A stretch of 64,000 nucleotides of DNA from Octopus bimaculoides (GCF_001194135.2 NC_068983.1:146386551-146450550); one strand, 5' to 3'. Positions 26,350 to 38,846 are shown, counted from the first letter of the stretch. Notes: generated by a model from the letters alone, not told the origin. Made by a program: numbers and translations.

Positions 26350-26755
26350 CTTTTACATGTTTCAGCCATTTGACTGCAGCCACGCTGAGGCATCACCTTG
26401 AAGAATTTTAGTCAAATGAAATGACTAGTACTTCTTTTTTTTAAAGCCTGGTTCTTCTATCAGACTCTTTTGCTGAACCACTAACTTATGGGGATGTAAA
26501 CACACCAACACAAGTTGTCAAGCAGTAGTGGGGGACAAAGATATATACAAAGACACATACATAAACATACACACATGCACAAAGACACAGATACGATGGG
26601 CTTCTTTCAATTTTCATCCACTAAATCCACTCACAAAGTTTTGGTTGATCTGAAGTTATAACAGAAGATACTTGCCCAAGATGCCACACAATGGGACTGA
26701 ATCTAGAATTATGTAGTTGGAAAACAAACATCTTACCACACAGTCACACCTGTGA
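26350..26755 (+). mobile_element. SINE (CTTTTACTTGTTTCAGTCATTTGACTGCGGCCATGCTGG family)
   Basis: Same motif at 55838-55965 and 56970-57215; shared CACTTGCCCAAGGTGCCAC / ACCACACAGCC segment also at 21900, 50330, 54680, 58540 and 63850. Strand is nominal. Confidence 0.65.
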
Positions 26756-27269
26756 CTAATTAAAAAATAAATTCTAAGCTGACTAGAAACATTTTTATGA
26801 CCAAATTAACCTAATCAACTCTGGTCTGATACTTCCAAATAAAGGACTGAATTGTTCGCTCAAACCACAAACTTAACAGATGAAATAGGGTGAAGAAGAT
26901 TTTGATCAAAATTTCTATATAGCAGAAAGATGAAGTGCTATAAAGATAGGATTCAAATGAAGGACTAATAAATCAATTACAATTGTTCTGAGCTATTATC
27001 ATAAAAATGCTTCTTGAATTATTGTTTGGTAAGCATCCTTGTCAAAGTTGTTATTATTTAATCACAAGTCTAATAGACTTATCATTACACAGTCCAGCTT
27101 TGAACATCCCATCCTTCTGTACAGTCGAGACTATACTGTCCAGTGTGTTGTTTTTTTTAAAAAGATAATAGTGTAATTTGGATGCTATTTCTAGCAGGTT
27201 GAGTGACTGCTTAGAAGCTACCAAAATTAGTTTGTGTAGATGTTAGGGATTAGAAGATATACTGTTTAA

Positions 27270-27488
27270 TCCTTTCGTTACCAACCCGGCTGAAACTGCC
27301 TCTAGCTCTGTAGTATAAATGTCTTGTTTTCATAAGTTTTGAATTAAAATCTTCCACCAAACCTTAGTCATAATTTATGTTCCTAACACTAGCTAAATGA
27401 TAACTAAGTTATTTTACTAAATTCTTTGTTATATTTAAAATAACAAAGAAACACAGAGCATCTCAAAATAAATACAGTAACGAAAGGG
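27270..27488 (+). mobile_element. piggyBac-like MITE (~220 bp), copy 1
   Basis: TTAA|(C/T)CCTTTCGTTAC ... GTAACGAAAGGG|TTAA; near-identical copy at 33659-33878. Confidence 0.85.
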
Positions 27489-28235
27489 TTAAACACAGTA
27501 GGAATTTATAAGGCAGCAGTAATTATTAGAGAAATAATAAGCATACTAATTCTCTTACTGGCTTAGGCCTATCTTCTTGGCATGTATGAGTGGGATTCTT
27601 GAAAAATTAACACACTAAATAATTGAATCCAAAGTTATTAGTGTTTCAAAGTACGTAGTTATGCTCAGCATCTATTCTTTAAGTTTTAAAAACAAGTAGA
27701 GTTTCTATTGGCCAAGGTTGCATCAGCACATGTAAGTGCTAATCTAGGCAAGATTTTTTTTGAAGAAGACTAGTAGTTAACCTTACATGGAGGTCTCTCC
27801 TTCCTATGCTATCAATGTTTAACCAAAGGAAAGGTCAATGACTTTTTGGAACCATTGTCACTACAGGTGATACTGTCAGAATACAAAACTACCCATTAAA
27901 AAAAATTCATATTTAAATAATAACCTATTGTCATAATTTTATGTAAACACTTCTTGCTATGCTTCTGACACCAGTTTAATAATGAACAGTTTTATTATTT
28001 TACTAAATATCTTCAAACTCTCATTTTAGAAATAAATTTTAGCACACAGGCAGTGCATTTCATAAAAAAAATATGGTCACTAAAGAGGTAATCTTAAGTA
28101 GAAATTAATTTATAATGCTCTATAAATAATTAATTTATAATGCTCTATAAATAATTAATTTATAATGCTCTATAAATATACAACAATAAGCAGCATTTAG
28201 AGATAATTCAGAATTTTATAAAAATTACAACATAC

Positions 28236-28307
28236 CCTTTCCAATATGGGTCCAATAATAACGGGAATGGTCATTGCAGCATACAGGGACTCATCACCCA
28301 TGGTCAT
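28236..28307 (-). CDS. PDCD10: PDCD10 coding exon 1 (MTMGDESLYAAMTIPVIIGPILER)
   Basis: ATG at 28307-28305, 72 nt, donor AGG|GTATGT. Upstream acceptor TATAG|AAAAG at 28320 gives 13 nt of UTR. N-terminus resembles invertebrate CCM3 (MTMG...PVI..PI). Confidence 0.9.
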
Positions 28308-29082
28308 ATTTAATTCTTTTCTATAATTCGTTCAGTGGAAGTAGATCAAGATTATAAAATTTAGATTATATGAAAAAAAAAATATATTATTCTTTGTATA
28401 TTTTGTTTTTGCAGGTTACACTGCCAAGATATAGAATTCAACCCAGCAACATAAGTGATTCTTAAATTCTTGATTGCAGCACCTTGGATAAAAAACCTGG
28501 AAGAAATAGAAGAAATATATGAATCATAAATAGTGTAATGAAAGCAAAATTTTCAGTTGACATTCACCAAAAGCTGACCTTAATTCAAGCAGATTTAGTA
28601 TCAAACAGTAAACTAGATACCTAACTTCTATTAAACTAATGATACCTAACAAGGAAAAACCTCAAATGTGGAAACATGAGCCGAAAAATCAAGAGGAACT
28701 TATCTGCAATCTAGGAAGAGACTTTGCTCAATATGCAGCAAAGAAGCAAGTATGGATTCTATAGTGTGTACTCAAGTAAACTATGATTACACAAGGGATG
28801 CAATGGAAAAACAGAAAAAAAAAAACATAGGCTGACAGAGAAGAAATACTCTGTAGTTTGCGGAAATAATTATTGGTAAGTGTGTCTATGAAATGTATTT
28901 TTTCAAATGCCTAGAAGACTCACAAGTAATTGACATTTTCTGTTATTTAGTCAGCAGTGGAGGTGGGTGTTGTTAACACATAGTAGCCAGTGTAAGAACA
29001 GGGAAGAGAGTTACTACCTGTTTGGGCAACAAAGATTCTCAGAGTAAAGAGCAGATTGATAGTATGATGCTTGTACATGATG

Positions 29083-29372
29083 CAGCGTTTCCCAACCTTT
29101 TTACCCTTGTGTAATCTTTAAAATAATTTACATGTCTCAAGGAACCCGGCACAAAAAAAATTATATACTGTATCTTTCTCTCATATATCTGATGATAACA
29201 TAACAGGTTAGATAGGACGATGTTTATATTATAATATTACAATAACCAGTGCATGTATAGTAATATTATGGTCATGAAATTAGCATTTGCATATTTCACT
29301 CTTTCTCAAAGAACCCCATGGAACCTTTTGTGGAATCCTTGGATTCCGGAGAACCCCAGTTGAGAAATGTCG
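29083..29372 (+). mobile_element. hAT-like MITE (MER-type termini) inserted in an old RTE fragment
   Basis: Termini CAGCGTTTCCCAAC / GTTGAGAAATGTCG; 8-bp TSD ACATGATG / ATATGATG (7/8); RTE-like sequence continues on both sides (28985-29700). Confidence 0.75.
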
Positions 29373-30359
29373 ATATGATGTATCAATACAATATTACATA
29401 ATAGTAAAACAAGAGCAATGAATGCTGAAGGTATGTAAAGGCTGGAAAGAGATGGTGTGAGCATGCTCGGCTGGATGTGAAATGTTAATGTTAGCATACA
29501 TGAATGATGGACAAGAAATGAGTGAAGAGGAAGAGTGCATATAAGAACAATCAGGTCTAGTCTGCATGAGAGGAGATTGTGCTGAGGCGGACATATTATG
29601 AGTATGCAGAATGAGAGATAAGTGAAGACATGCCAAGCAATTCAATTGAAAGGAACTTGCAGAAGGTGTAGGAAGTGGAAACTGGGAAGAAGTGGTAAAG
29701 GCAAACCTCAGGATGTTGAATCTCATAAAAGAGACAACAGGGGGAAGATGACTGATAAAATTATATATCCTTATCATCACTTAACATCCATTTTCCATGC
29801 TGACATGGGTTGGACAGTTTAATAGGACCAGGTAGGACAAAGAGCTGCACCAGCTTCCATTATCTGCTTTGACATGGTTTCTATGGATGGATGCCTTTCT
29901 TAATGCCAACCACTTTACAGAGTGTACTAGGAGCTTTTCACATGGTACCAACACTAGTGCTTTTTACATGGCACCAGCACTGACAAGGTCGCCAAGTACT
30001 TTGCAAGACAAAAATCCCTTGGCTGGGGGTGGGTAGTATTGAGTAGTATTGAGGCAGAGGGAGGTAGTTTTGTGTCAGCTGATGAGAGATGAAAGGTATA
30101 GAGAGACAGGGATAGATGTCTTGCAGTAGAGTAGATACATGGATACCCCAGATGGAAAAGAAAGGAGGGTGGGTTAGAGAGCAGGATAAAAAGAGTAAAG
30201 AGAGCAACAGAGAGAAATGGTGGTGAAGACATGTTAAGACATGCCCTTGAAGGACACTGGTGGTGGTGGTGAGAAGTGGGATAATTTCATGTTGCAAACT
30301 CTCACCTATTCCCTAGTAAGGTAATATTTCCCTCTGACCAGACATGCTTTCACAGAATA

Positions 30360-30728
30360 TTGGAAATGGTGCATGTGAAATGATGCATCACTACACATGT
30401 TGATGCCCAGGTCTCTTACTGTTTGTGGTTCTGGGATTGCAGTACCTCCAGGTCCTGTGTATGCCAGTTTGGAGGCACATGTGGCTTTGTAGCACAGTAC
30501 TTGAAATTTTTTTGCATTGAACTGCATATTATTTTGCTCTGCCCACTTGTATATTGCATTTAGGTCATTCTGCAGGCTTATGATATCATCAGGATTCTTT
30601 ATTGCCTGAGATAGTTTTGTGTCATCAGCGTAGCTAGTGACTGTGGCTCTCCGAGTGACCGTGGGCATGTCCAGAAGGGCTACTATGAACAGCAGTAGCC
30701 CAAGGACAGCTCCTTGTGGAACACTGCT
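30360..30728 (-). mobile_element. CR1/L2-group LINE reverse transcriptase fragment
   Basis: SVPQGAVLGLLLF...SYADDTKL...LQNDLNAIYKWAEQNNMQFNAKKFQVL...VRDLGI. Confidence 0.88.
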
Positions 30729-30739
30729 CAATATTTGCG

Positions 30740-30777
<38 letters not shown>

Positions 30778-31307
30778 TTGTTTAAAAGAGTTCCAACACT
30801 GTCTGTTTTTTATGTTTTATTTATATTCCTGCAAAACCAATGTGGGATATAGAATATGGAATATACAATATATAATATAATATACAATATATAATATAAA
30901 ATAAAAATGGATGGTACTATGAAATAAAGTATTGAATGTCTTATTGAATATATGGAATATGTCTTATTGAATAGATGAAATATTGAGTGTTCAATATAAA
31001 GGATCAAATATATAAAGGCGAATACGTATTTTCTATACCTTGTGGTATTTCATCATGGCCGGTCATGGGTGGCNNNNNNNNNNNNNNNNNNNNNNNNNNN
31101 NNNNNNNNNNNNNNNNNNNNNNNNNNNNNNNNNNNNNNNNNNNNNNNNNNNNNNNNNNNNNNNNNNNNNNNNNNNNNNNNNNNNNNNNNNNNNNNNNNNN
31201 NNNNNNNNNNNNNNNNNNNNNNNNNNNNNNNNNNNNNNNNNNNNNNNNNNNNNNNNNNNNNNNNNNNNNNNNNNNNNNNNNNNNNNNNNNNNNNNNNNNN
31301 NNNNNNG

Positions 31308-31565
31308 ACTGGCTCCTGTGCGAGTAACACATAAAATGCACCATTTTGAGCGTGGCCGTTGCCAGTACCGCCTGACTGGCCTTCGTGCGGGTGACACGTA
31401 AAAGCACCCACTACACTCTCTGAGTGGTTGGCGTTAGGAAGGGCATCCAGCTGTAGAAACTCTGCCAAATCAGATTGGAGGCTGGTGTTGCCATCCAGTT
31501 TCACCAGTCCTCAGTCAAATCATCCAACCCATGCTAGCATGGAAAGCGGACGTTAAACGATGACG
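31308..31565 (+). mobile_element. RTE 3' UTR / tail copy, preceded by a gap
   Basis: Subrepeat plus GTGGTTGGCGTTAGGAAGGGCATCCAGC...GGACGTTAAACGATGA. Confidence 0.8.
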
Positions 31566-32598
31566 AAAGATACTGCTTGCAAGATGGTGATATTTGTTTA
31601 CAGCTATCATGCAATGCCAAGGCAAGGAAACAGTGACACACACACATGTACACATACAAATATACATATATAATAGGGTTCTTTCAGTTTCTATCAATCA
31701 AATGCTTTGGTTGTTCCAGACTATAGTAGAAGACATTAATACCAAGGTATCAAGCATTGGAACTGAACCTAGAACTATGTGGTTTTGAAAATACGGAATA
31801 AGAAACCTATTATTTGAAAAACAGGTATGGGTTAGAGACGGGAAGAGTAACTGGCTGTAAAACAAAGCCTCAATAATGGAAAAATGAATTTATGCACATA
31901 TATATATAGATGTAGTGTGCAAGAGAGACGACTGTGCTGGTGTGATCATGTTATGCACATGGATGAGGACAGCTGTGTAAAGAAGTGCCATTCTCTAACT
32001 GTGGATGGGACCTGTGGTAGAAGTAGACCCAAGAAGACATGGGACGAGGTGGTGAAGCATGATCTTTGAACTTTGGGCCTCAGGGAGGCAATGACTGAGA
32101 CCTTTGGCATTAAGTTGTGCTTGAGAAGAAGATCCATCAAGCCAAGTAAAATCGCAGTTGTGACAGATACCAGAGTCACACAAATGGCATCCATGCTGGT
32201 GGCACGTAAAAGCACCCATTACCCTGGTCAAACCATCCAACTCATGCCAGTATGGACAATCAACGCTAAATGATGATGGTATGTGTGTAGATGTATGATT
32301 TTATATATATACATACATGCACATACACAAACACACAATTCATGCAAATATCTTTCCAGCAAGTTGATCTCATCTAACTTTTTTATAATTTTCTTTCTTT
32401 CTTCTACTTGTTTCTGCTAAAGTGAACACAGCTCAAACTAGAATATTAATTAATGAGCAGGATTCCTGTATAAATAGACACTTAGTAATGGTGTTATTTC
32501 AAGCAGATGGACACAAGAATAAAATTTGGAAACCTAAAAGACTTATTGTCTGCAGCTAACATCTATTTATGTCAAGTGACAGAAATCCTAAAATTTAT

Positions 32599-32705
32599 AC
32601 ATAATAATAATATTAGGGATAAAAATCCAAATTTACAGGTAAAAACTCAAATTCAATTTATTAAAAATTAAAATTAAACTAAGTTTCACAGTATAAAATA
32701 TATAT
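32599..32705 (+). repeat. Dispersed AT-rich repeat (inverted copy at 13181-13290)
   Basis: AATATTAGGGATAAAAATCCAAATTTACAGGTAAAAAC...AGTTTCACAGTAT matches the reverse complement of 13181-13290. Confidence 0.8.
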
Positions 32706-32711
32706 ATATAT

Positions 32712-32978
32712 ATATAGTTTTAGGCAAAAGAACCAAGGTTCATGAACTCATCGATGAAAATCCACTGTCACATATAGAAAAATTAATAAGTAAAAGCACA
32801 ATAAATAAGTATATCATCATCATCGTAAGATAATGATAATATTATCATTATCTTACGATATTTACTTTGTATTATATTATACTTATTTATTGTGCTTTTA
32901 CTTATTAATTTTTCTATATGTGACAGTGGATTTTCATCGATGAGTTCATGAACCTTGGTTCTTTTCCCTAAAACTATA
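32712..32978. repeat. Near-perfect fold-back palindrome
   Basis: ~101-bp arms (32712-32813 / 32878-32978) with one visible mismatch; nested perfect 38-bp palindrome at 32822-32859; flanked by (TA)n. Confidence 0.9.
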
Positions 32979-33658
32979 TATTTATATATATATATATATA
33001 CATATAGAAAAAAATTTCAGTATACACCCTTACAAAAAAAGTATGGTGGTGAAAAGCAGACATATTGTTTCGAGTGCAAAATTTAAATTCGATAAAGAGA
33101 ACACTGTGCAGCCTGTAAGAAATTTGATGTTGGAACCAAATTAGACTAAGGAGAAAGAATAAAGCAAGTTCATAATCTAGAACTGAAAAAAAAAAATAGA
33201 GTGAACGTGTTGAAAATATGAGAAAAGACGCATAACACATGTCACCATACTGTACGTAAAGTGATAAGCAAAGAAAATATCAAAAGATGAGAAATGTGTA
33301 TATACTTAATCTTTCCAGTATTCAAATAAGCCAGCACCAGTGATACTTCAAAAGCTTTTCTTAAGCACCAAGTCAAAAAATTAAAAGTTTACAAAACCCA
33401 CCCTCTGATTTGGATGATAAAATTGTACAGCTTTTAATAACTGCAAAAGCAACATGACTTTGAACTGAGTCAAATCTAAAACTTGGATGAGACATTTATA
33501 TTTTTTGACATGCCAAGGAACAGAACACTGGATAAAATAGGATGTAAAACTATGTCTGAATAACAGGACATAAAAAGAAAAACAAAAAAAAAAAAAATCA
33601 CTGCAGCTTTGCATTCTTTAACTAATGAAACCTAGTGAAATCCTGTGGTTATATTTAA

Positions 33659-33878
33659 CCCTTTTGATACCAACCCGGCTGAAACCGGCTCTGGCTCTGA
33701 GTACAAATGTCTTGTTTTCATAAGTTTTGAATTAAAATCTTCCACCAAACTTTAGTCACAATTTATGTTCCTAATACTAACTGAATGATAACTAAGTTAT
33801 TTTACTAAATTCTTTGTTATATTTAAAGTAACTGAAAGAAACACAGAGCATCTCAAAATAAATACAGTAACGAAAGGG
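33659..33878 (+). mobile_element. piggyBac-like MITE, copy 2
   Basis: TTAA|CCCTTTTGATAC ... GTAACGAAAGGG|TTAA. Confidence 0.85.
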
Positions 33879-34018
33879 TTAAAGAGCAAGTCTCAAAAGT
33901 GAAATACTTACTTAATCTAAAGGCTGGCTGGATAGATTCTATAACTGGGAAGAGTATGAGATAAACAATCTGGAATACTTTTAAAGAAACTTACAGTGCT
34001 GGTAAGTACTAGTTTAAA

Positions 34019-34290
34019 ATGGTGAAAGGTATGAAAACTGGTCAGTCTGTAATCTCATGTGGTTTGATACATGTTTTTTAGCTTGTTGATATTTTGAACA
34101 AACCATTTAAGGAAGAAATAAAGAAGAACTGGATACTATGGATGTCATCTGATGAAGTGAGGAAAAAAAAAACAAAAACAAAAAAAAAAAACAGCAGGAA
34201 GTTATCTCAAAAATGGCTTGCCTTGCAACTACTCACCAGATGGAATACTTTGGTTGAACATATGGTTTCAAGATCTTTTTAAAAACTGAT
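34019..34290 (+). pseudogene. pogo/Tigger-like (DDE_1) transposase relic
   Basis: One frame reads MKTGQSVISCGLIHVF*LVDILNKPFKEEIKKNWILWMS, matching the pogo motif T.LAVIPGG.TS.LQPLDV..NKPFK..LR..W..WM; the TAG sits at the Q codon. Confidence 0.65.
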
Positions 34291-35624
34291 GATGAACTGA
34301 TAGGATGGAAACACTGATGAAAAGCTAAATTAAGAAGAATGGCTAGAGTTATTTCGAAAAATCTTATAATGAATCAAACTTTGATGCTTTTTTTAGTGAT
34401 AAGGTCATTTCACAGACAATGATCTTTTTGAACCTGTTCTACAGATTTCACTCGATTTTTATGCAAATGTTACAGAACAAAAGAAGAAACCAGTTAAATT
34501 TTAGGAGTAAGCACAGTATATATCTATACACACACACACAGAGGCACTGAATGCAGAGGACATGTGAAGACTAGAGAGCAACAAAGCTGGTATGCTCCAC
34601 TAGATGTGCAATGTCAGTGTACATGTGCAACAGAGTGTTAGTGTATTGAGAGAAAAGTTAGGAATAGACAAATTAGATGCAATGTATAAAGAGAGAAGAC
34701 TGTGCTGGTTTGACCATGTGATGTAGATGGATGAGGACAGTTGCATAAACCAAATTATAAATAACATACTTGATTTTACTCAGATATGTATTTCTAAATT
34801 TTTGATTTGGTGAGGAAAGTTCCTTAACAGTGTTAGACATGCTTTTATTCTCACATTAATATTTCTGCTTGTTAATGTCCTGTTGAATTTGTTTTATTTA
34901 CCAAAGGATAGTGCAAGTTCTTGAGATTAGCAATATACTCTTTATGCAAGTTACTATGGATGTAAAACAGCTCTGTCTCTCTCTAACTCCCTCTAAATAA
35001 ATAAATGGATGGATGGAGATAGATGAAATATTGAAGGCTGATCTCAAGACATTGAACCTTATAAAGGAAATGACAAAGGACCAAGATACCTAGCTTTGCT
35101 GTATTCAAGAAGATTTGTCTGCCACAACAGAATTGATACCAGTGCAGGTACCACACAAAAAGTACCCAGTACACTGTGGAGTGGTTGGCATTAGGAAAGG
35201 CATCCAGCTGCAGAAATCATGCCAGTATAGTCAATGGAGCCTGGTGCAGCCCTTGGCCTTACTAGCTCCATTCAAACTGTTCAACCAATCAGAGCTCCTA
35301 CTTCAACTGGTAGTGCGAACAGTCATGCTACACGGCAGTGAAACATGGGTTGTGACTGCTGAGGACATGTGTAGGCTTGAAAGAAATGAACCAGTATGCT
35401 CAGCTGAATTGGTAATGTCAGTGTGCATACATGACAGAGTGTAAGCGCTCTGAGAGAAAAGTTGGACATAAGAAGCATCAGATGTGGTGTACAAGAGAGA
35501 CGACTGCACTAGTATGGTCATAAACTTGGTGTTTATAAGAATGGAGAGGTTAAAGCTAAACTTAATTCATCAATACCTTAAAGTCAATTATGTTAACAGT
35601 CACTCAATATTCATTCCCACTGCA

Positions 35625-38587
35625 GACCTTCTCTTTGTGGCTGGCGACTTCAATGGGCATGTTGGACAACATCCAGGGGGCTTCCATGATGTACATGGCG
35701 GTTTTGGATTTGGTTCCTGCAATGAGGAGGGAACCAAGCTGCTGGGGTTCTGTGATACAAATGATCTTATGATCTGTAGTACTAACTTCAGGAATCCCAC
35801 CAGTCACCAGTTCACCTACAAGTCTGGTGGGTACACTAGTCAGATTGACTACATTCTTGCTAGGAAACTAGAAAGATGGCTACTTATAAATGCTAAAACC
35901 TTCCCAGGTGAAGAATGCACCCCACAACATAAATTAGAAGTTAGCGACTTCAAGATCAGGACTAAATGGCTACCTAGAAGATGACCAGCATGGAAAAGAA
36001 GGGTCTGGTAGATTAAGGATCCTGTGAATGGACAGAGATTTAGAGACGTATTACTCAAAGTGTTTGACAAAAAGGGGGAGGATATAGCTTCACAAAATGT
36101 GAAAGATAACTGGAGATTCGTACAGGACAACCTGTTGAGGGCTACTGACCAGATCTGTGGCTGGTGCAAAGTGCCTCCTTGACTCAAGGTAACGTACTGG
36201 TGGAACAATGTAGCTGACAGTGCCATAAAAGAAAAGAAACAGGCATGGAAGGACTGGAAGTATGGTGGTAGCAGGGAACTGTATCAGATCGGCAGAAGGG
36301 AAGCTAGGAGATAGGTTTACTTAGCCAGAAGGGAAGCAGATAAGAAAAAATTTGCCAATGTTCTCTGTCGTGAGGACCAAAGGCTTGAAGTGTTTCATGT
36401 TGCAAGACAGTGTGTGAGAGAGAATTGTGAAGTCATAGGAAAGAAATGTGTCTGCATGGATGATGACTCACTTGCGTTTAATGATGCTGTAAAGAGAGAG
36501 ACCTGGAGACACTTCTATGAAAGGTTGCTAACCAAAGAGAATGAATGGGAGAAAGAGAGCCTGCCATATGTTGACCTAACAGAGGGACTAACTGTCCAAA
36601 CTGACAGTACTTTGGTAGATAAAGCAAGGGTATGAAGACAGGGAAAGCCCCTAGCCCATCATGTATCACTGCTGAGATGCTTAAAACATCTAGCAGGGTA
36701 GGCTTTAGTCTAATCACCCATATAGTCAACCAGGTGATACATGGAATCTATACCCAATGACTGGTGTAACAGCACTATCGTCAACTGTTACAAAGGTAAT
36801 GGAGATGCTTTAGAAAGGAATAATTACAGAGGTGTCAAATTGTTGGATCAAGTAATGAAAGTCATGGAGAGGGTCATAAACCAACTAATTGGGGAGAGAC
36901 TCAGTTTAGACGAGATGCAGTTTGGGTTTGTGCCAAGGAGAAGCACTACTTAAGCTATATTTCTGGTAAGACAGCTGCAGGAGAAATTCCTAGCCAAAAA
37001 TAAACCTCTGTACTTGGCATTCATTGACATGGAGAAAGCCTTTGACAGGATCCTCCAATCCCTTATCTGGTGGTCAATGCAGAAACTAGGGATAGATGAG
37101 TGGTTAGTGAGAGCTGTACAAGCCATGTACAGGGATGCTGTCAGTAAGGTGATGGTTGGCAACGAGTATAGTGGAGAATTCCAGTTAGGAGTAGGGGTAT
37201 ACCAAGGATCAGTCCTCAGCCCCCACTTATTCCTCATAGTCCTCCAGGCGATAAAAGAGGAATTTGAGACAGGCTGACCCTGGGAGCTTCTCTACGCTGA
37301 TGACCTAACTCTAATAGCTGAGTCACGACCAGAGCTAGAGGAGAAGTTTCAGGTGTGGAAGCAAGATCTAGAATCAAAGGGCCTTAGAGTCCATCTAGCA
37401 AAAACCAAAGTATTAGTAAGTAGAAAAGCGGACAAACCACGAATCCTTTCAGTTAGAAAAGGCATAGGTAGAAACTCCATAAGATGTACCCAGTGTAAGC
37501 TATGGACACATAAGAGGTGCATCAATATCAAAGAAGGTTAACTGGGAAGATAGGTTTTGTGTGTGGCAGATGCACTGGGGAAATAAACACTGAAGATGTA
37601 CAGAAAACATATTCCACCACTTGCAAGGGAAAAAAACTAGAGGTAGTTGATAGCTTCTGTTACCTAGTTGACCAAGCTAGTAGTGGGTGTGAATGCTCTG
37701 AGAGTGTAGGTGCTAGAATAAGAATAGCTTGGGCAAAGTTCAGAGAGCTCCTCCCTCAACTGGTAACAAAGGGTCTCTCGCTCAGAGTGAAAGGTAGGCT
37801 GTATGATGCATGAGTATGAACAGCCATGCTACATAGCAGTAAAACATGGACTGTGACTGCTGAGGACATGTGTAGGCTTGAAAGAAATGAAGCTGGTATG
37901 CTCCGCTGTATGTGTAATGTCAGTGTGCATACACAACAGTGTAAGCGCTCTGAGAGAAAAGTTGAACATAAGAAGCATCATATGTGGTGTGCAAGAGAGA
38001 TGACTGTGCTGGTATGGTCATGTGTTACGTATGGAAGAAGACAGCTGCATGAAGAAGTGCCATACTCTAACAGTGGAGGGAAACAGTGGAAGAGGTAGGC
38101 CCAAGAAGACCTGCGATGAGGTGGTGAAGCATGACCTTTGAATGTTGGGCCTCTCAGAGGCAATGACAAGTGACCGAGACCTTTGGAGATATGCTGTGCT
38201 TGAGAAGACCTGTTGAGTCAAGTGAAATCATTGTTGTGGCCATTGCTAGTACCACCTGACTGGCATCTGTGCTGATGGCACGTAAAACGCACCATTCACA
38301 TGTGGTCGATGCCAGTGCCGCCAGACTGGCTACCATGCTGGTGGCACATAAAAAGCACCATCTAAGCGTGGTCAATGCCAGTACTGCCTGAGTGGCTCCT
38401 GTAGAGAAAACGCACCCTCTACATTCTCAGAGTGGTTGGCATTAGGAAGGGCATCCTGCTGTAGAAACCTTGCCAGATTAGATTGGAGCCTCATGCAGCC
38501 TTCTGGCTTGCCAGTCCTCAGTCAAACTGTCCAACTCATGCCAGCATGGAAAATGGACATTAAACAATGATGATGATAATGATGATG
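35625..38587 (+). mobile_element. 5'-truncated RTE-clade LINE (endonuclease C-terminal part, RT, 3' UTR); many stops and frameshifts
   Basis: VAGDFNGHVG, SQIDYIL, PQHKL, NYRGVKLLD, QFGFVP, FIDMEKAFD, QGSVLSP, LLYADD, SKTWTVTAEDM, 3' subrepeats and (GAT)n tail. Confidence 0.95.
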
Positions 38588-38682
38588 CAGGCATCTTGGG
38601 AGTCTTCCAAAATTTTTTTGAAAGCAAATTTTCTTTACCACACTAACAGGCTTGCACTAATAAATATGTATATACATAAATA

Positions 38683-38846
38683 CACTCTCTGAGTGGTTGG
38701 CGTTAGGAAGGGCATCCAGCTGTAGAAACTCTGCCAAATCAGATTGGAGCCTGGTGTTGCCATCCGGTTTCACCAGTCCTCAGTCAAATCGTCCAACCCA
38801 TGCTAGCATGGAAAGCGGACGTTAAACGATGATGATGATGATGATG
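38683..38846 (+). mobile_element. Young RTE-tail / SINE copy
   Basis: Near-consensus motif with intact CpGs and a (GAT)n tail. Confidence 0.85.

Larger units (their letters stand above)
3293..28320 (-). other. PDCD10: PDCD10/CCM3 gene span (start-codon exon to stop codon; 5' UTR exon(s) and poly(A) site not defined)
   Basis: Seven GT-AG exons splice into one open 209-aa frame: [209 protein letters not shown]. Recognisably CCM3 (human motifs AAQTLRAAF, LSKIPDEI, KDIASAIKELLD, KKEFVKYSKSFS, HQTNLI). Confidence 0.96.
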
